DNA of 64,000 bases from a virus. Taxonomy: Duplodnaviria > Caudoviricetes. The stretch lies in IMG/VR virus record IMGVR_UViG_2511231106_000004, positions 32,001 through 96,000 of that record. One strand, given 5' to 3'. Made by a program: the position numbers and the translations under genes. Each line of letters begins with the position of its first letter. The first letter of the stretch is position 1. This document shows, in pieces, positions 44,711 through 54,679 of this stretch. The notes under the pieces were generated by a model. The model saw nothing but the letters and a program-made list of their open reading frames with translations, was not told the origin of the DNA and did not search any database.

Positions 44711-46234
44711 TCACCCCCTCGATGTCTTGATGATGGTCGCCGGATAGTAGTCGCTCCCCATGTCGATGCTCCCTTCATAATGATGGAAGCAGCCGTACAC
44801 GCTGGAACTGTTGCCCCAGCAGCCGCCATTTCCGTCATAGACCACGACATGCCAGTTCGGATCTGGCTTGCTGTAGCGGTTGTACATGATGATGTCGCCT
44901 TTCTCCAGCCGTGCCGGGTCGTAGGGGATCGCCAGTCCCTGGGCTTCGGCATCGGCCCGGAGCTGGTCGCATCCTTTGACGTTGTTGTTGTATTCCTGCG
45001 CGGCAAAGGGCGAATACCCGGCAGCGGCAACTGTTGCCCGGTCCACGCAGCCATTGGAGCCATAAGGCGAAACGGTACCATCGAAATTCTCCATGCACGA
45101 ATCCACCACATCGCCTCCGGCGGCATTTCCGCTCATGGACGCCCCGCTCCGGCTGCCCGAAGCGGCCGCTATAGGCGGCACGTAATCCGGGTTCGCATTA
45201 TAGGACGCACTGTCGAGTTCCTGCTTCTGCTCATCCAGCAGTTTATGGAAGACCAGATGCAGTTCCATGGTGTGCCTGTTCCCCTCAATCCGATGGCTGT
45301 CCGACTTGATGAAGAACCGCCCCTTGAGCTGTTCTTCCTGGATGTCCACGGAAAAACCGGCGATGCACCAGATATGGCCGAGCGCCTTGACGGACATGTC
45401 ATGGGCAACGGTCTTCAGCATGGCCCGGGCCTGCGAGGCATCGTCCTGCTTGGGGTCGGCCTTGCAGATGGCCTGGATGGTGCCGAATCGTTCGATATCG
45501 GTGCTATTCGGCATCTCGCCTTTCGTCTGGCCCGCACTGTCCACGACCATCACCTTGGATACCAGGTCCTCGATAGACTCCGATACAGATGCCCCGGTAA
45601 GATTCGCTTCATCGCTGATGAGGAAGTTCTCCACCACCTGGTCATTGGTACAGACCACATTCAGCTTCCTGTCCGTCATGTAGATGTGATACCCTTTGCC
45701 ATCCTGTGCCGACTGGTAAGACAGCGCCTGCTTGATGGCATCGGTCGCTGAGATGTCATCGGCGATGAAACTGCACACCACGGAAAGGTCCGGCATCGTC
45801 CCGGCTTCGATGGAAAAGTCATGGATGGTCTGCCGGATGGCATCAGCCACGGTCACATTGGCGTATTTCCGGGTAATGCGTGACTTGGCCAGATAGATGA
45901 TGTTGTCGAAGGCCACAAAGCGCATGGCATAGGACTCGCTGTCCCGGCTCCGGGAGAAGATGCGCCCCTGGAAAACGGGGTACGTCTCCTGCGTGACCTC
46001 ATCGGTATAGGAAAAACACACTTCATCCCCCAGCTCCAGGACGGCATTCGTCCAGTCCTTGTCTTTCGTGGTGTAGGCGATATCAAATTCCAGCTTTCTC
46101 CCGGCCTGCTCCACATCGCCCGACCAGGTATAGGAAAGGACATAGGCAGACAAGTCCGTGTTCTGCGGCTTGTCTGCCTGCTGGCTTTCCGTATCTGCCT
46201 TATTTATCTTTGCCAACTGGAACATTTTCATCAT
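44711..46234 (-). CDS. XkdQ/YqbQ-like baseplate hub with C-terminal Cys-His hydrolase-like domain
   Basis: 'WSGDVEQAGRKLEF' N-terminus; C-terminal 'GCVDR...KGDIIMY...HVVVYDGNG'. Confidence 0.82.
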   Translation of the reverse strand: MMKMFQLAKINKADTESQQADKPQNTDLSAYVLSYTWSGDVEQAGRKLEFDIAYTTKDKDWTNAVLELGDEVCFSYTDEVTQETYPVFQGRIFSRSRDSESYAMRFVAFDNIIYLAKSRITRKYANVTVADAIRQTIHDFSIEAGTMPDLSVVCSFIADDISATDAIKQALSYQSAQDGKGYHIYMTDRKLNVVCTNDQVVENFLISDEANLTGASVSESIEDLVSKVMVVDSAGQTKGEMPNSTDIERFGTIQAICKADPKQDDASQARAMLKTVAHDMSVKALGHIWCIAGFSVDIQEEQLKGRFFIKSDSHRIEGNRHTMELHLVFHKLLDEQKQELDSASYNANPDYVPPIAAASGSRSGASMSGNAAGGDVVDSCMENFDGTVSPYGSNGCVDRATVAAAGYSPFAAQEYNNNVKGCDQLRADAEAQGLAIPYDPARLEKGDIIMYNRYSKPDPNWHVVVYDGNGGCWGNSSSVYGCFHHYEGSIDMGSDYYPATIIKTSRG

Positions 46235-46934
46235 TCCTTTTCAGGTTCATGGTCGTCAGCCGGATGATGTCCCCCGGCGAGAGGCCGCCGCTGCGGATGA
46301 TGCTGCGGTAGACCTGGAACTTGGAGAACTGCTCCTTATTGAGCGTGACCGATTTCCCGATGGCCCGGCCCACGACGTTGCCGATGCTGTCGCCCGGATA
46401 ATAGGTGATGTTCTTCTTCATCTTCTGCCAGAACGACTCAGGGCGTTTCTTCAGCCCCGTTGCCGGGTCCGTTTTCCCTGGTTCCGCCGCCGTGACATAG
46501 CGGTATTCCGTCAACGCCAGTTCATAATACACATCGCCGCTGCCGTCCTTTTCCCCGAACTTGAAAGAGCTGATCAGGCAGGGCATGGAGATGGGCGTGT
46601 CCGATACCGTGAGCTGGCAGACCTCGCCGCCTGTACGCATGGCTTCCAGTTCGGCGATATAGGTATAAGGCGACAGCGTCATCATGGCAAAGGGATAATC
46701 CTGGGCCGGGAAAAAGCCCGCCAGCGTCAGGGACTTCAGCCCGGTCCTGCCTTTCATGAGATACTCCCCGTAGTTGTTGATGTTCACCGTGCCATGGTTC
46801 GTATTGACGGAAACCATCAGTTCCGAAGGCAGCACGGGAAAGGTCACAACAGAGCTGCCCGCAGCCAGGGAAATCGTCAGATCCTGTGACGCCTGCCCGA
46901 TGGCATTCAGGATGGATTCTAAGAATGAGGCCAT
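46200..46934 (-). CDS. XkdP-like tail tube initiator
   Basis: 'FPVLPSE', 'FFPAQDYPF', 'DGSGDVYY.LAL.EYR'; LysM-like tail. Confidence 0.8.
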   Translation of the reverse strand: MASFLESILNAIGQASQDLTISLAAGSSVVTFPVLPSELMVSVNTNHGTVNINNYGEYLMKGRTGLKSLTLAGFFPAQDYPFAMMTLSPYTYIAELEAMRTGGEVCQLTVSDTPISMPCLISSFKFGEKDGSGDVYYELALTEYRYVTAAEPGKTDPATGLKKRPESFWQKMKKNITYYPGDSIGNVVGRAIGKSVTLNKEQFSKFQVYRSIIRSGGLSPGDIIRLTTMNLKRNDENVPVGKDK

Positions 46935-49054
46935 CAGATGGTCGCTCCTTTCATGCGGTTCATGCCGTACAGCCGGATCTTTTCCACCAGCTTGTCGGCT
47001 ACGGCATCGATGTCCTGCTCGCTGCGGACGTTCATCGTATCGATGCGAATGGTGATGGAGCGGCTGCCTGCGTTCATGGCCTGCCGGATGCTTTCATCAT
47101 GCGGGACCACGGTACTGCCGTTTGGCAGGTGGACCAGCTCGCCCCGGCGGTCTTCGTTGATGACCGCAAAGCCGCCGCCAAAGTTCTCGACGCCTCCGGC
47201 AAAATGACTGATAGGTTCCATATTGAATCCCACATGAGTCGGCGCCCCGCCGGTCAGAGACGGGATATCGATGGACAGGCCGTTGACGCTGGCAATGAGT
47301 CCGTTCACCTGGTCAATGACCCAGTTCACACCATTCCGGAAGGTATCCTTGATGCTCTCCCAGATGCTGGAAGCCGTCTCACTGATGCCGTTCATTGCTC
47401 CGTCCCAGGCCGAAGCAATCCATTGCATCCCGGCATCCACAGCATCCGACACCGCCTGGATGGCCTGTTCGATATACTGTGAAACCGTATCCCAGTTGCT
47501 CCAGAGGAGATACAGCCCTGCGATGACGGCAGCTATGACAATCAGGATTGGATTGTCCATCGCTGCTGCACCAACTGCCCGGATGACCGTAATCATCATC
47601 CTGCCCACGGTCAGGAACGTACTGCCCATGCCTTTGGCAACGATGGCGATGCCTCTTGCCACCGTGATGAGGCCCTTGAACTGGGCAGCCAGATACTTCG
47701 ATACGCTCCCGGCCTTGCTGATGCCCGCGGCGATGGAGCTGAACGTCCCAAAGGCCCGTCCGCCTATCGTCAGCACCCGTCCCAGGGTGGAACCGAAGAT
47801 CTGGAAGGTCACGATGCCGAAAGCCACCTGGCCGATCAGCGTCTTCTGCTCCGGCGTCAGCGACCGGAACCAGGCCGCCAGTTCCTTCACCCGCAGGGAC
47901 ATGGTCTTGAAATAAGGGGTAAAGGAAACAGCCAGGTCCATCCCGGCATTCTTCAGCTGGTTCATAGCAATCTGCATCTGCTCCGACGGGGTCAGCATCT
48001 TCTCATAGGCTTCCCGGGTCATGCCGGCAGACTGGGCCATCTGGTCCATGACCTTATCGAAATCCCCGGCTCCCTTGCCCGTCAGGACCAGGATGCTGTT
48101 CAGGCCCTCGACAGAACCAAAGAGCTGGGCCATCTGTTCGACATCACCGCCCGTGGCCCGCTTCACTTCGCCCAGGAACTTCACCCATCCTACGCTCTGC
48201 AAATGAGCCGCGTTGAACTCAAGACCAAGGGACTGAGCCAGTTTCGCCGCTTCAGCAGACGGCTTCAGGATGTTGCTGTAAGCCGCCTTGAGTCCTGTGA
48301 TGGCTTCACTGGTCCGGATGCCGTTCTTGGTCAGGACGGCAATGGAACCGAATAGTTCCTGGGTGCTGACATTAAGCTGTGCCGCAATGGGGATGACGTT
48401 TCCCATGGACTGGGCCATCTCGCCAAAGGATGTCTTGCCGAAGTTCTGTGCCAGGAGCATCTGGTCCGTCACCGCCGTGGCTTCCTCTGCCGATTTCCCA
48501 TAGGCATTGAGGACGGTCGTGACGCCATTCACGGCTGTCGTCGTATCCGTGAACCCGGCCTTGGCGGCGATGGTCATATCCTTGACAAAACCTACGGCAT
48601 GGCCGGCATCGACACCTGCCGAGATGGCCTGGTAGACCGATTCGGAAAGGTCGGCAACGCCCGCCCCGGTTTCATCGCTGACAGCACGGATTTCATCACT
48701 AACCTTCTGCATGGAAACGACCGTCGTATCCACCAGGGTCGAAATCTTGGCGATGCCATTGGCAAAGTCGCTGTGCAGCTTGAAGCCTGCCGTCGCAGCC
48801 GCCAGGATAGGTGCCGACAGCAGGGCCATCTTGTCTGACAAACCGGAAATCTTGCTTCCCGTCTGCTCGATGCTCTTTGCCGTCCGTTTCTGGATGTGCT
48901 CATGCTCCGTCAGCTTGTCTGACAGGCCACTGACCGATTGTTTCGCCGCCGCCATCTGGGCCTTCATGGTTCCCAGACTAGCATTGACGCTCCGCACGGT
49001 CGGCGTGAACAAATCCCGCAAACGGATAGCAGCATCGATGACGTTATTGGCCAA
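46934..49054 (-). CDS. Tail tape measure protein (TP901 core type)
   Basis: 'YQAISAG', 'QNFGKTSFGEMA', 'INEDRRGELV.LP.GS.V.PH'; TTG start. Confidence 0.92.
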   Translation of the reverse strand: MANNVIDAAIRLRDLFTPTVRSVNASLGTMKAQMAAAKQSVSGLSDKLTEHEHIQKRTAKSIEQTGSKISGLSDKMALLSAPILAAATAGFKLHSDFANGIAKISTLVDTTVVSMQKVSDEIRAVSDETGAGVADLSESVYQAISAGVDAGHAVGFVKDMTIAAKAGFTDTTTAVNGVTTVLNAYGKSAEEATAVTDQMLLAQNFGKTSFGEMAQSMGNVIPIAAQLNVSTQELFGSIAVLTKNGIRTSEAITGLKAAYSNILKPSAEAAKLAQSLGLEFNAAHLQSVGWVKFLGEVKRATGGDVEQMAQLFGSVEGLNSILVLTGKGAGDFDKVMDQMAQSAGMTREAYEKMLTPSEQMQIAMNQLKNAGMDLAVSFTPYFKTMSLRVKELAAWFRSLTPEQKTLIGQVAFGIVTFQIFGSTLGRVLTIGGRAFGTFSSIAAGISKAGSVSKYLAAQFKGLITVARGIAIVAKGMGSTFLTVGRMMITVIRAVGAAAMDNPILIVIAAVIAGLYLLWSNWDTVSQYIEQAIQAVSDAVDAGMQWIASAWDGAMNGISETASSIWESIKDTFRNGVNWVIDQVNGLIASVNGLSIDIPSLTGGAPTHVGFNMEPISHFAGGVENFGGGFAVINEDRRGELVHLPNGSTVVPHDESIRQAMNAGSRSITIRIDTMNVRSEQDIDAVADKLVEKIRLYGMNRMKGATI

Positions 49055-49133
49055 TAGGTATCACCTCTCAATGTTGTTACAGCTATAAAAATATAGTAAG
49101 ATAAAAGAAATCTATCTTTACGGAGGAATTCCA

Positions 49134-49829
49134 ATGCGCTATTTCAATGAAACAGAAAAAAGATTAGCTGAACGATATCACCATATGGAGCTTGGAACTT
49201 GCAAAATCTGTGAAGAATGTCATAAGAAAGAGCGTTTATCCTTGCCGATTGGCTGTTGGTGCGTAGGTTCCGATTTTAATAAAACTTCCAAGAGAATTCT
49301 ATTTGTCGGTAAAAATGCCAGAAACAATCCCGGCACGATTGAAGACGGCTTCCGCAATCCCTTTCAATATACCCGTGAATCTCTGTGGAACAAAAGCTGG
49401 CCATACTGGAGCTATACTCGTGCTATCACTCTGAGAATATTCGGTGACGATTCCATAGAACACATCGCATTTACCAATATTGTCAAATGCAACAATTCCG
49501 GAGGAAAGGATACTACCTCAGATTTTGTAAAATCCAACTGTATCCTAAACCTAAAAGTCCTTCAGCAGGAATTAAAGGTAATACATCCTACTCATGTCAT
49601 TTTTTATACATCTTGGTATTATGACGATTACATCCCTAACGTCTTTGACCGTTATAATATTCATTACAACGGTTTTAAAAATATTGGGAAAAGAAAAATG
49701 CCCTGGCAGGAAGCCATTTCCACGCTGGGCAATCAAACCTTTCATGTACTACGTGTCGGCCACCCACAATGCAAGAAAAAAAGCGACTTCGTCTATGAAA
49801 TATCTAAGTGGATTGAGCCTACCTTATGA
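49134..49829 (+). CDS. Uracil-DNA glycosylase superfamily protein (antisense moron)
   Basis: 'ILFVGKN', 'AFTNIVKC', 'ELKVIHP..VIF', 'GHPQ' match the UDG-fold motif order; AT-rich; GGAGG RBS. Confidence 0.7.
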   Translation: MRYFNETEKRLAERYHHMELGTCKICEECHKKERLSLPIGCWCVGSDFNKTSKRILFVGKNARNNPGTIEDGFRNPFQYTRESLWNKSWPYWSYTRAITLRIFGDDSIEHIAFTNIVKCNNSGGKDTTSDFVKSNCILNLKVLQQELKVIHPTHVIFYTSWYYDDYIPNVFDRYNIHYNGFKNIGKRKMPWQEAISTLGNQTFHVLRVGHPQCKKKSDFVYEISKWIEPTL

Positions 49830-49859
49830 CTTTATGCCAGATAGCCGTATTTTCAGCAG

Positions 49860-50035
49860 TTAATCCGATAATGCTGAAGATACTTTTTTATTGCGTTCTT
49901 CCATCTCATAGCGGATGAAGGCATACAGCACCTGCCGTTCACCGTATCCCAGTTTCATGACCGCTGACGGCAGCAGGTGATGCTCCCGGAATAGGAGATA
50001 CATCGCCTGCACTTCGCCATCGGTCCGGATCAGTT
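49860..50035 (-). CDS. Tail chaperone -1 frameshift extension (not in ORF track)
   Basis: Frame open after A_AAA_AAC: KLIRTDGEVQAMYLLFREHHLLPSAVMKLGYGERQVLYAFIRYEMEERNKKVSSALSD*. Confidence 0.7.
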
Positions 50036-50446
50036 TTTTACGGCTTTGTCCGCCTTTTCCTGGGTCGTATAACCGTTGAGTTCCGTAATCTGTGCCGTAA
50101 GGTCGGCGATTTCGCCCGCTAGGAAGAGCTTGCGGATGATGTCACCAGGGAGTACAACTCCGAATTTTTCCAGCAGGTCCTTGTTCTTGAGGTCGGGGTC
50201 GGCAATCCCTGCCAAGAGCGTCTGGGTCTGCATCTGATAAATGTCGATGTTATCGGCGCTGCCGTTGGTGAAGTCCACGGCCATCTTCTGGATATCTGCA
50301 TAGCGTTCCGGGTCGATGGCCCGGAGCGTGATGACAAAATCGAACCCGAACAGCTTCGAGAGCCGTTCCATCTTCACTTTCTTTTCAGGCCGTTCGGCCA
50401 GCTTGTTCACTACATCTGCTTTCAGTAGCCGGTCTACCATATTCAT
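50030..50446 (-). CDS. XkdN-like tail assembly chaperone
   Basis: 'PDLKNKDL', 'LFLAGE', ends VKN*. Confidence 0.85.
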   Translation of the reverse strand: MNMVDRLLKADVVNKLAERPEKKVKMERLSKLFGFDFVITLRAIDPERYADIQKMAVDFTNGSADNIDIYQMQTQTLLAGIADPDLKNKDLLEKFGVVLPGDIIRKLFLAGEIADLTAQITELNGYTTQEKADKAVKN

Positions 50447-50459
50447 GTGCTTGTTCTCC

Positions 50460-50888
50460 TTATGCTAAATCCAAGAGGTCCCAGTCCGAGAAGGTGAAGC
50501 TGTAGCTTTCCTCGCCCATCTTGTCCACTTCCCAGTCGGCCAGAATCAGGCTGTCAAAGGTCGCATCCTTGATGACGATGCGCTCGCTGCCGATAGCATC
50601 CTTGTCATCCAGGACGGAGACGATGGTCACGACAGTCTGCCTGCCCGCCTTGATGTTGTCGTTCATCTTCCGGATCATGTAGCTCGACACCTTATGCAGC
50701 TTCAGCTGACCTTTGCAGTCGTAGCCTGTGACCTTGTAGCCTTTGCCCACATGGCGGAGCATCTTTACTTCTTCCTTGGTCAGCGTGACCTCGGCCTTGA
50801 ATGCCGTTGCTTCGGCCATGAGGTCGCCGTCGATATACAAATCGGCGTACTTGCCGTTCATGACCCGTTTGGCTTCCATACTGTTCAT
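50460..50888 (-). CDS. Tail tube protein (XkdM-like)
   Basis: 'VMNGKY', 'GQLKLHKVSS', 'LDDKDAIGSERI', 'FTFSDW'. Confidence 0.9.
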   Translation of the reverse strand: MNSMEAKRVMNGKYADLYIDGDLMAEATAFKAEVTLTKEEVKMLRHVGKGYKVTGYDCKGQLKLHKVSSYMIRKMNDNIKAGRQTVVTIVSVLDDKDAIGSERIVIKDATFDSLILADWEVDKMGEESYSFTFSDWDLLDLA

Positions 50889-50902
50889 CCGGCTTCACCC
50901 CC

Positions 50903-51985
50903 TCAGATATTGATGGTAATCGTGACATCTTCCATGGCATCCAGCAGCGATGCCTTGACGGCGATGAACACATTACTGCCGATATTGGCCAGCTTTATAT
51001 CCATATCGGACATGTCTGCCAGTTCCGCCTTGGTGTATTTGCCGTTGGATTCCAGCCATATCTTCGTGGATTCCACATCGATATAGGCTGTGTTCTGGTC
51101 CTGTTCCAGCAGCCCTTCCTGGGCCAGCTGGTCAAGATACCCCTGGATGGCCGTCACCAGAAGGCAGCGGTTCGCATAGCTGTTGGCGTACTTCCCGAGG
51201 TAATGGTCCTGGGCCGTCGTGCGGATGTCATCGTGCATCATGTCCATCAGGTCCACAAGCTTGATTTTCTGGAAGCTCGTCCCCTTGTCCTGGACGGTGG
51301 TCACCAGGGAGTTGATGCCCCGGGCCAGTTTCACCTTTTCGCCGTCAAAGAAGAAGAACAGCTTCCCCGCTCCGGCCATGGTGTCCATTTCCTCTTTCGT
51401 CCACACATCGCAGCCGATGACTTCCGGCAGCGGCGCGTAGGTGCAGGAAATCGTCATGAGCGTCCCGGCGATGATGCCGGCAATGCGGCTGCAGTACTGG
51501 GCCGTCGTATAGGTCCTGCTCTTCGTGCGGATGGTCTTGTTGACGAAGTTGATGACGCCTTCCGTATCTGCCGTACAATCCGGCAGGACGGCCTTGATCA
51601 TCTTGTCTTTATTGGTACGCATCCCCTTGACCCAGGTGGCGATAGTATCGATGTGCGACGTCCCGATGTCCGGGATGACCAGGTAGTCGAAGCGCTTGTT
51701 CTCGATAACCTTCAGGATATCCGTATAGTCCTCGGCTTCACTGCTGATGATTTCGGCGATGACTTTCTTCGGGCTGTTCACATAGCCCCGGAGCGCCAGT
51801 TCCAGCTGCTCCCGGTTGCTGTCAGACAGCTCCTTGGGAATGTCATCTGCCGTGTACAGGTTCACTTCCGTCACCGAAGGCAGGGTCTCTTCCTTCAGGA
51901 TCATGAGGACAATGCCGCGCTCGCTGCGCTCGATGGCGCTGATGCCTTTTTCCTTGAACACGACATTAATGGATGGCATTTTCAT
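50903..51985 (-). CDS. Contractile tail sheath (XkdK-like)
   Basis: 'RIAGIIAG', 'KVKLARGINSL', 'KIKLVD.MD', 'GKYANSYAN', 'LDAMED'. Confidence 0.92.
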   Translation of the reverse strand: MKMPSINVVFKEKGISAIERSERGIVLMILKEETLPSVTEVNLYTADDIPKELSDSNREQLELALRGYVNSPKKVIAEIISSEAEDYTDILKVIENKRFDYLVIPDIGTSHIDTIATWVKGMRTNKDKMIKAVLPDCTADTEGVINFVNKTIRTKSRTYTTAQYCSRIAGIIAGTLMTISCTYAPLPEVIGCDVWTKEEMDTMAGAGKLFFFFDGEKVKLARGINSLVTTVQDKGTSFQKIKLVDLMDMMHDDIRTTAQDHYLGKYANSYANRCLLVTAIQGYLDQLAQEGLLEQDQNTAYIDVESTKIWLESNGKYTKAELADMSDMDIKLANIGSNVFIAVKASLLDAMEDVTITINI

Positions 51986-52430
51986 ATTTCGTTGTCTCCT
52001 TTCCCCGATACCGCTGATGCATCACTTTCATCCGTTCGGCTGCTTCCGTTTCATCTGCGGAATCGTAGTACTGGACGGTCAGCGTCAGCCGGCCGCCGTC
52101 GTTATCCGCCCCGATGAGTTCCTCGTTCATCGAGCGGACAGCAAAAAACCTGTCCTGGACGGCAATCCCGTCACGGAACAGGTCTTCTGCAGCAGCCAGC
52201 ACTTCATAGATAGATGCGCTGGCCGTCTGCTTCTGCGGTATATAGGTGATGTACATATCTGTATCCCGGTACACTTCCCTGCGGCCCTGGGGCGAAGCCA
52301 CCGTCATCGTCTTCAGGAAAAACGCTGGCGGACGGAACCCTTCCTTCACTTCCTGCAGGTACACGGGATACGGGAACTGTTCCTTCAGCTTCTGCTGTAT
52401 GGCCTGCAGGATGTCGATGTCATGGATCAT
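51966..52430 (-). CDS. Tail terminator-like protein
   Basis: 'EVKEGFRPPAFF'; position before the sheath. Confidence 0.7.
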   Translation of the reverse strand: MIHDIDILQAIQQKLKEQFPYPVYLQEVKEGFRPPAFFLKTMTVASPQGRREVYRDTDMYITYIPQKQTASASIYEVLAAAEDLFRDGIAVQDRFFAVRSMNEELIGADNDGGRLTLTVQYYDSADETEAAERMKVMHQRYRGKETTKYENAIH

Positions 52431-52846
52431 GTGCCGCCTGCTTTCTTCAGGAGCTTCTTCGCCAGTTTCTCCAGGCCCGGCTGCAATTCCCGGGCTTCGA
52501 AGGCCTTGACGGATTTCTCCGTATAATGCTGGCCTTCATAATAGCCAACGGTCCTGCCGCCCGGCGTTTTCTTGACATGGCCGTTATTGAGCAGGTGATG
52601 GACCGGGTGCCGGTTGACCAGTTCATAGGTCAGCTCCGAGCCGTTATAGCCTTCTACCTTGTGCTTCCAGCCTTTCTTCAGCTTGCCCGTGCTGCCTTCC
52701 GGCGTGTTCTTCACGCATTCCTTCCTGAGCTTGTTGCCAATTGTTACCAGGCCCTTTTCGGCAGTGCCGGGAAAATCTTCAATGGCAGAAAGCAGTTTTT
52801 CTGAAAAATCATCCAATCCTTTGACCTCAAAGTCACTTCCGCTCAT
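52427..52846 (-). CDS. HK97 gp10-family protein
   Basis: 'TP..STGKLKKGW', 'HLLNNGH', 'GYYEGQH'. Confidence 0.8.
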   Translation of the reverse strand: MSGSDFEVKGLDDFSEKLLSAIEDFPGTAEKGLVTIGNKLRKECVKNTPEGSTGKLKKGWKHKVEGYNGSELTYELVNRHPVHHLLNNGHVKKTPGGRTVGYYEGQHYTEKSVKAFEARELQPGLEKLAKKLLKKAGGT

Positions 52847-53180
52847 TGTCCGTCCCCCTCACTTCTTCCATGCAGTACAGTTCCAGGGCTTCATGGCGCA
52901 TGTACGGGTCCACGATGGTGTCGATGTCGTACAGGTGATTCTGGTACTTCACCTTCATGTCATGAGTAACGCCCGGCCGCCAGCGGATAGTGATCTTGCT
53001 GTACTCCGTGTCCGCCTTGCGTTCCATCTCATAGAACACTTTTCCCCGGGCGGGCTCGATGGATGCCCAGCAGCGGTACACCACGACGTCGGTCTGGGTG
53101 TCGAAGCCGTATGCATCCGTTGCCGCCTGCTTCCCCAGGATTTCAATCCGTTTGTTCAAAAGCCCGGTCTTCATGGGCAT
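52833..53180 (-). CDS. Head closure protein
   Basis: 'GLLNKRI', 'WASIEP', 'ITIRW'. Confidence 0.82.
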   Translation of the reverse strand: MPMKTGLLNKRIEILGKQAATDAYGFDTQTDVVVYRCWASIEPARGKVFYEMERKADTEYSKITIRWRPGVTHDMKVKYQNHLYDIDTIVDPYMRHEALELYCMEEVRGTDNERK

Positions 53181-53187
53181 CCCCCTT

Positions 53188-53469
53188 TCAAAAACAGCTC
53201 CGCCGCACCCCGAACAGCAGCCACCGCAGCCGCTTCAGCAGGCCGGAATAATCGGCTTCTTCCCGATGCTCGTACAAAAAGGCGGCGGCATAGAGGATGG
53301 CTTCATGGAACACGACGGGATTCTCTTCGGCATCCGCTTCCTCGCAGCGGGCCAGGTCCAGGCACAAGGCCTGGGCCGTTTCCAGGGAAGACAGGATGAC
53401 GTCATCATTGGACGTATCACCCTCATCAATCCGCAGATATTCCCTGGCTTCTTCCAGGCTGACCAGCAT
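53188..53469 (-). CDS. Head-tail connector (gp6-like)
   Basis: 'SLEEAREYLRID', 'FLYEHREEADY'. Confidence 0.88.
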   Translation of the reverse strand: MLVSLEEAREYLRIDEGDTSNDDVILSSLETAQALCLDLARCEEADAEENPVVFHEAILYAAAFLYEHREEADYSGLLKRLRWLLFGVRRSCF

Positions 53470-53472
53470 GGC

Positions 53473-54663
53473 TTATCCCTTCGCCTTCATCTCCAGGGCC
53501 TTGACCGCTTCCTTCAGCATCAGCATGCCATCGACGCGCTGGCTTGCGAGGAAGCCGATCTGGCCGTTGGCGGCATACAGTTCGTTGAGCCGCTTGAAGG
53601 AGCGGTATTCCCGGTCGGCAATCCAATAGTAGCTGAAATCGCCGAAGAGCATGGGACGGTTGCCGGCCGCCAGTTCCGGGGCAAAGGATGTGCTGTAGCA
53701 GGGACGGTTCAGGATGGTATCCGGTGTCCCGGCCGTGACAGACGGCTGCCAGATGTAGTTGCCGTTGTTGTCTTTGATTTTGCGCAGGGCCTTGATCGTA
53801 GCATCGTTCAGGAGCCATACGGCCTTGCGGCGGTACGGGATACGCAGGGAATGATACAGGTCGATGACATCATCAAAGGTGATGGATGCGCCATTGGCCG
53901 TCACGCCCAGTTCCGCAGACGGGAACACGCCAGTCGGCTTGTTCTTCCCGTCGCCCGTGAGGAAAGCTTCTTCTTCCTTCGTGCCGATACGGCGGGCAAA
54001 TTCGCCGGCGATATAGCTTTCCAGGTCGAAGACGCTGTCATTCAGAAGTTCTTCCGATACACGGATAGCCGTACCCAGCTTGTACGCCCCGATGGACTGC
54101 TGGCCGAAAGTATCCTGGCTGTCCGGATAGAGTCCGTTCTCTTCCATCCAGGACGCTTCGCCATGTCCCGTCACGACAGGAATCTTGCGGTCGCCGCTGG
54201 TATGGATGACCGTTGCCAGGCCGCGGAAGAAGTTCTCTTCCTGGAGCTTGTCGATGAGCTGATGCTCGAATTCATCCGGCACCAGATAGCCGCCATCGGC
54301 ATCTGTGCCCACGCTCAGGGCGTTCTGTACATCGATGAAGTTTTTATGGCGGATGCTGTCCCAGAAGGCTTTTCGGTAAGCCAGAGATGCACGGCCTTTC
54401 TTTTCCGGGGCCTGGTTCCCAGCACCGGGCTGTTCCGTGATGGGAGAAGATGTCGGCTGGGCCAGCTGGGCATCGAGCTGCTGCTGGCGTTCCAGGCGGT
54501 CGATTTCCTTGCCCAGATTCACCACATCCGCTTCCATCTTGTCATACCGGGATGCATCTTCTGCCGATACCATGCCGTTCTCATCGCGGGCCGTATCCAG
54601 GAAGGCTTTCGCCGCATCCCAGAGGTTCTTGCGCTTCTCGCGCAGTGCTAAACTCGTATCCAT
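53473..54663 (-). CDS. Major capsid protein, HK97 family
   Basis: Close paralogue of 6996..8192. Confidence 0.95.
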   Translation of the reverse strand: MDTSLALREKRKNLWDAAKAFLDTARDENGMVSAEDASRYDKMEADVVNLGKEIDRLERQQQLDAQLAQPTSSPITEQPGAGNQAPEKKGRASLAYRKAFWDSIRHKNFIDVQNALSVGTDADGGYLVPDEFEHQLIDKLQEENFFRGLATVIHTSGDRKIPVVTGHGEASWMEENGLYPDSQDTFGQQSIGAYKLGTAIRVSEELLNDSVFDLESYIAGEFARRIGTKEEEAFLTGDGKNKPTGVFPSAELGVTANGASITFDDVIDLYHSLRIPYRRKAVWLLNDATIKALRKIKDNNGNYIWQPSVTAGTPDTILNRPCYSTSFAPELAAGNRPMLFGDFSYYWIADREYRSFKRLNELYAANGQIGFLASQRVDGMLMLKEAVKALEMKAKG

Positions 54664-54679
54664 TGTATTTGTCCTCCTG

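Noticed and set aside
41250-51985. Stand-alone tailocin or contractile injection system
   Set aside because: The tail genes are contiguous with capsid, portal, terminase and integrases, so this is a prophage.
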